A DNA stretch of 63,023 bases, the filler included, from Asterionella formosa (Eukaryota), in NCBI GenBank assembly GCA_002256025.1. It is 27 parts of 27 records of this genome, joined end to end, with 100 filler letters (N's around TTAATTAATTAA, not from the genome) between each part and the next. Parts side by side here need not be neighbours in the genome. Positions count along the whole stretch, not along the records: positions 59,659 to 60,713 come from NKIB01004653.1; positions 60,814 to 61,868 come from NKIB01004654.1; positions 61,969 to 63,023 come from NKIB01004655.1; 24 more parts are not named here. One strand, given 5' to 3'. The notes beneath the pieces were generated by a model, which was not told the DNA's origin, did no database searches, and saw only the letters and a list, made by a program, of their open reading frames with translations. The stretch's first letter is position 1; each line of letters opens with the position of its first letter. A program made the position numbers and the translations under genes. Of this stretch, positions 60,602 to 63,023 are shown in pieces.

Positions 60602-62011
60602 CCTGCTACCTGGTACCAGGGTACTGCTGTCATCACTTCATTGTCATACATGACACCGGTACCTGGTACCTGGTACGGGCTGATGCGTGATGACGAATTT
60701 TTACGATACCTGGNNNNNNNNNNNNNNNNNNNNNNNNNNNNNNNNNNNNNNNNNNNNTTAATTAATTAANNNNNNNNNNNNNNNNNNNNNNNNNNNNNNN
60801 NNNNNNNNNNNNNTGTAGTCAAACTTGGATCATTCGCTTTCAACCGTTTGACATCTTCTTCCCATCTAGGCATTGTCAATGTCGTTGTCTTGAATGTAAT
60901 GGAAGTTGTTTATTGACGAGCGACTTTTTTCTTGTTCGAGTGAAAAGTGTTTTTTGTGTTCAAACTCCTTTTCTCGTGCTGCCAAAATAGTTTCTCTACC
61001 ACTTGTCATAGAATTCTACGCAACTCATTCCTCCCACATGATAGATGGAAGATGCCGGAAATATAGCTACATATGATGCATGATGATGATGGTAATTTAT
61101 ACGATTGGACTACCCGTATGTATACGATTGAATTACGGGGAGTGATAGAAGGGCTTATATAAAACTGTTCGCATATGTAATAATAACATTCATTTGCGTG
61201 CATGTCGTAAGATGTCGCTCGTGTTTGTAATTCTTGATTCTTGTCCATCACAGTTAGTACCCGAAATAATTTCTCTACCAGCTAAATTTCTTTTCATTTT
61301 CAGTCATCACCATGATGCCGGACCTTTTGTCCCTCATAATTTGTTTGTACATTTGCCCTTCGTGATATTTGCACTATATAAGCAATAAAATATGTTGTTG
61401 AAAGGGCTTTTGTGTAAATGATAGAAAACAGTCACACATATCATCTACCGATATTTATCAATATTGCATATCTTAATATAAACTTATATAGAATACATAA
61501 TGGATCTTCTTGTATGAAAACGTTCCATGACTGATGAGGACATTTTGAGAAATTATGAGCTATTAAAAAATAAAACACTTTTTTTACAGTGTACTGGTAC
61601 ACTGGTATCAGTACAACAGGTACATAAATTAGTATTTAACATACCGGTAGATTAATAACCCCGAGGGTCATTTTAGCTTACCCGGTATTCTGCTAAGCAA
61701 AATTCCTGAAATGGATTAAGAATTTTTCCCTTTCCACTCGTACTGAAAAAATGTTGATACAAAAGCCTCCCAGACAAAGTGGAAAGTGAGAAAGTAACCT
61801 TGCTTACCGGTCGGTACCATGTTTCTGTCTCACGATCAACCCACTATCATGCATGCATGCATCTGTGTNNNNNNNNNNNNNNNNNNNNNNNNNNNNNNNN
61901 NNNNNNNNNNNNTTAATTAATTAANNNNNNNNNNNNNNNNNNNNNNNNNNNNNNNNNNNNNNNNNNNNAGTCTTCGGACAAAGTAGGGATGTAGGTCCAC
62001 TCTATATATTG

Positions 62012-62165
62012 TCAGCATATAGGATCTGGTCAGAAACTGCAGAAAGGATCTTCGGTTTTTTAACCTTGCTAAAAAGAATCGAAAATTCGGGGGAAATCTG
62101 TTTATTTGGCATAGTAAAAAAACCGAAGTTCCTTTCTGCAGTTTCTCACCAGAAGTTATATACTG
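62012..62165. mobile_element. ~150-bp fold-back (MITE-like) element
   Basis: TCTGGTCAGAAACTGCAGAAAGGATCTTCGGTTTTTT (from 62025) pairs at 35/37 with its inverse ending at 62153. Confidence 0.8.
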
Positions 62166-63023
62166 ATCCTATTTGAAAGTTACCTGTGTATCTAAATCGC
62201 CATCAGACCCAGCCAACGTTTAGCTATCGTTGTCCAAAAACTCGACAAAATCGGCCTTTTCTACAGTCGCCAAAATATCGGAATCAGAATGATTAAGTGC
62301 CAAAACGTAATCATCGGAATGGTAGTCGTGTGCCGGAATTTTTAGTCCTAAAATCTCCTATCCGAAAAATTCCATTGTAAGTGCCCGCTTCCACATATAT
62401 AATATGATTGGTGAACGTGAATTACTTCCTCTGTTTGATTGGCCTGGTTTGCGAGGTCTTGCAAACCCACGCCGGCCACATTAGATAAACATGGTACATT
62501 TTCTTGGGTGTACTGACAGTCCGGTGCTATATTCACGATGGGTACCAGTAGATGATCATCATTGGACATACACGTACCGCTCCTGGAGTGCACTTTCAAA
62601 TATTTGCCAAGCCGCCGGGTCATATACATGACACATAGTCGTTGATCGGAGTATAGATTGTAGTACTGGGCGGTGTATGCTCATGAAGCGATGTAGAATC
62701 TAAATTTAGATATATATTTATTTTAAATGATTTGAATATGTCGAACGGATTCAATGCATCGCATATAAAATCGTCAATCGGAGTATAGAGTGTCCATGCA
62801 TATATGTTGATCGTATTTTTAGGGTATATATAAATAGAGCGACAAAGAGTGTTTATATATATATTTAGCGATCTCGACAAGGAATCTATGTACGTATTTG
62901 CAAATTTCCACTGATTTAAATATTTCAAATGGAATCACGTCATTCAAAAATAGCTAATTAAATCCTTAATTCCAGGGAATTTTGGCAACCCTAAGCAATA
63001 TTTAAATTTTTGCCTAGGGTTTC

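Overview
Eukaryotic nuclear DNA, most likely from a diatom. Support: short GT-AG introns with CTAAC-type branch points, diatom-type copia (CoDi) and gypsy proteins, a PGRL1 fragment, diatom-style LRR receptors and TTAGGG motifs. The window is not one locus. It is 27 contigs joined by 26 artificial 100-nt linkers (N44-TTAATTAATTAA-N44): two ~17-kb contigs (1-17018, 17119-34103) and 25 contigs of ~1.06 kb, so adjacency across a linker means nothing. Host genes: a 3-exon phosphoglycerate mutase with a mitochondrial-type presequence, 3' ends of prolyl-tRNA synthetase and acireductone dioxygenase, a STAND-type ATPase fragment, four LRR genes or fragments, and pseudogene pieces. The rest is mostly transposon debris (copia, gypsy, LINE, pogo and its MITE, Tc1/IS630-like, Plavaka-like, tyrosine-recombinase elements) and tandem repeats. 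The best candidate for a new system is 8.4-15.3 kb. There a spliced, decayed tyrosine recombinase gene is followed by an element arm, an intronless 17-repeat LRR membrane protein gene, and a composite of the same element family whose inverted-repeat units are joined by att-like TGCT(G/C)A(A)GG junctions. The LRR arrays have near-invariant DNA cores shared between genes, variable beta-strand segments and almost no CpG. All protein family calls are by motif recognition; no database searches were run.
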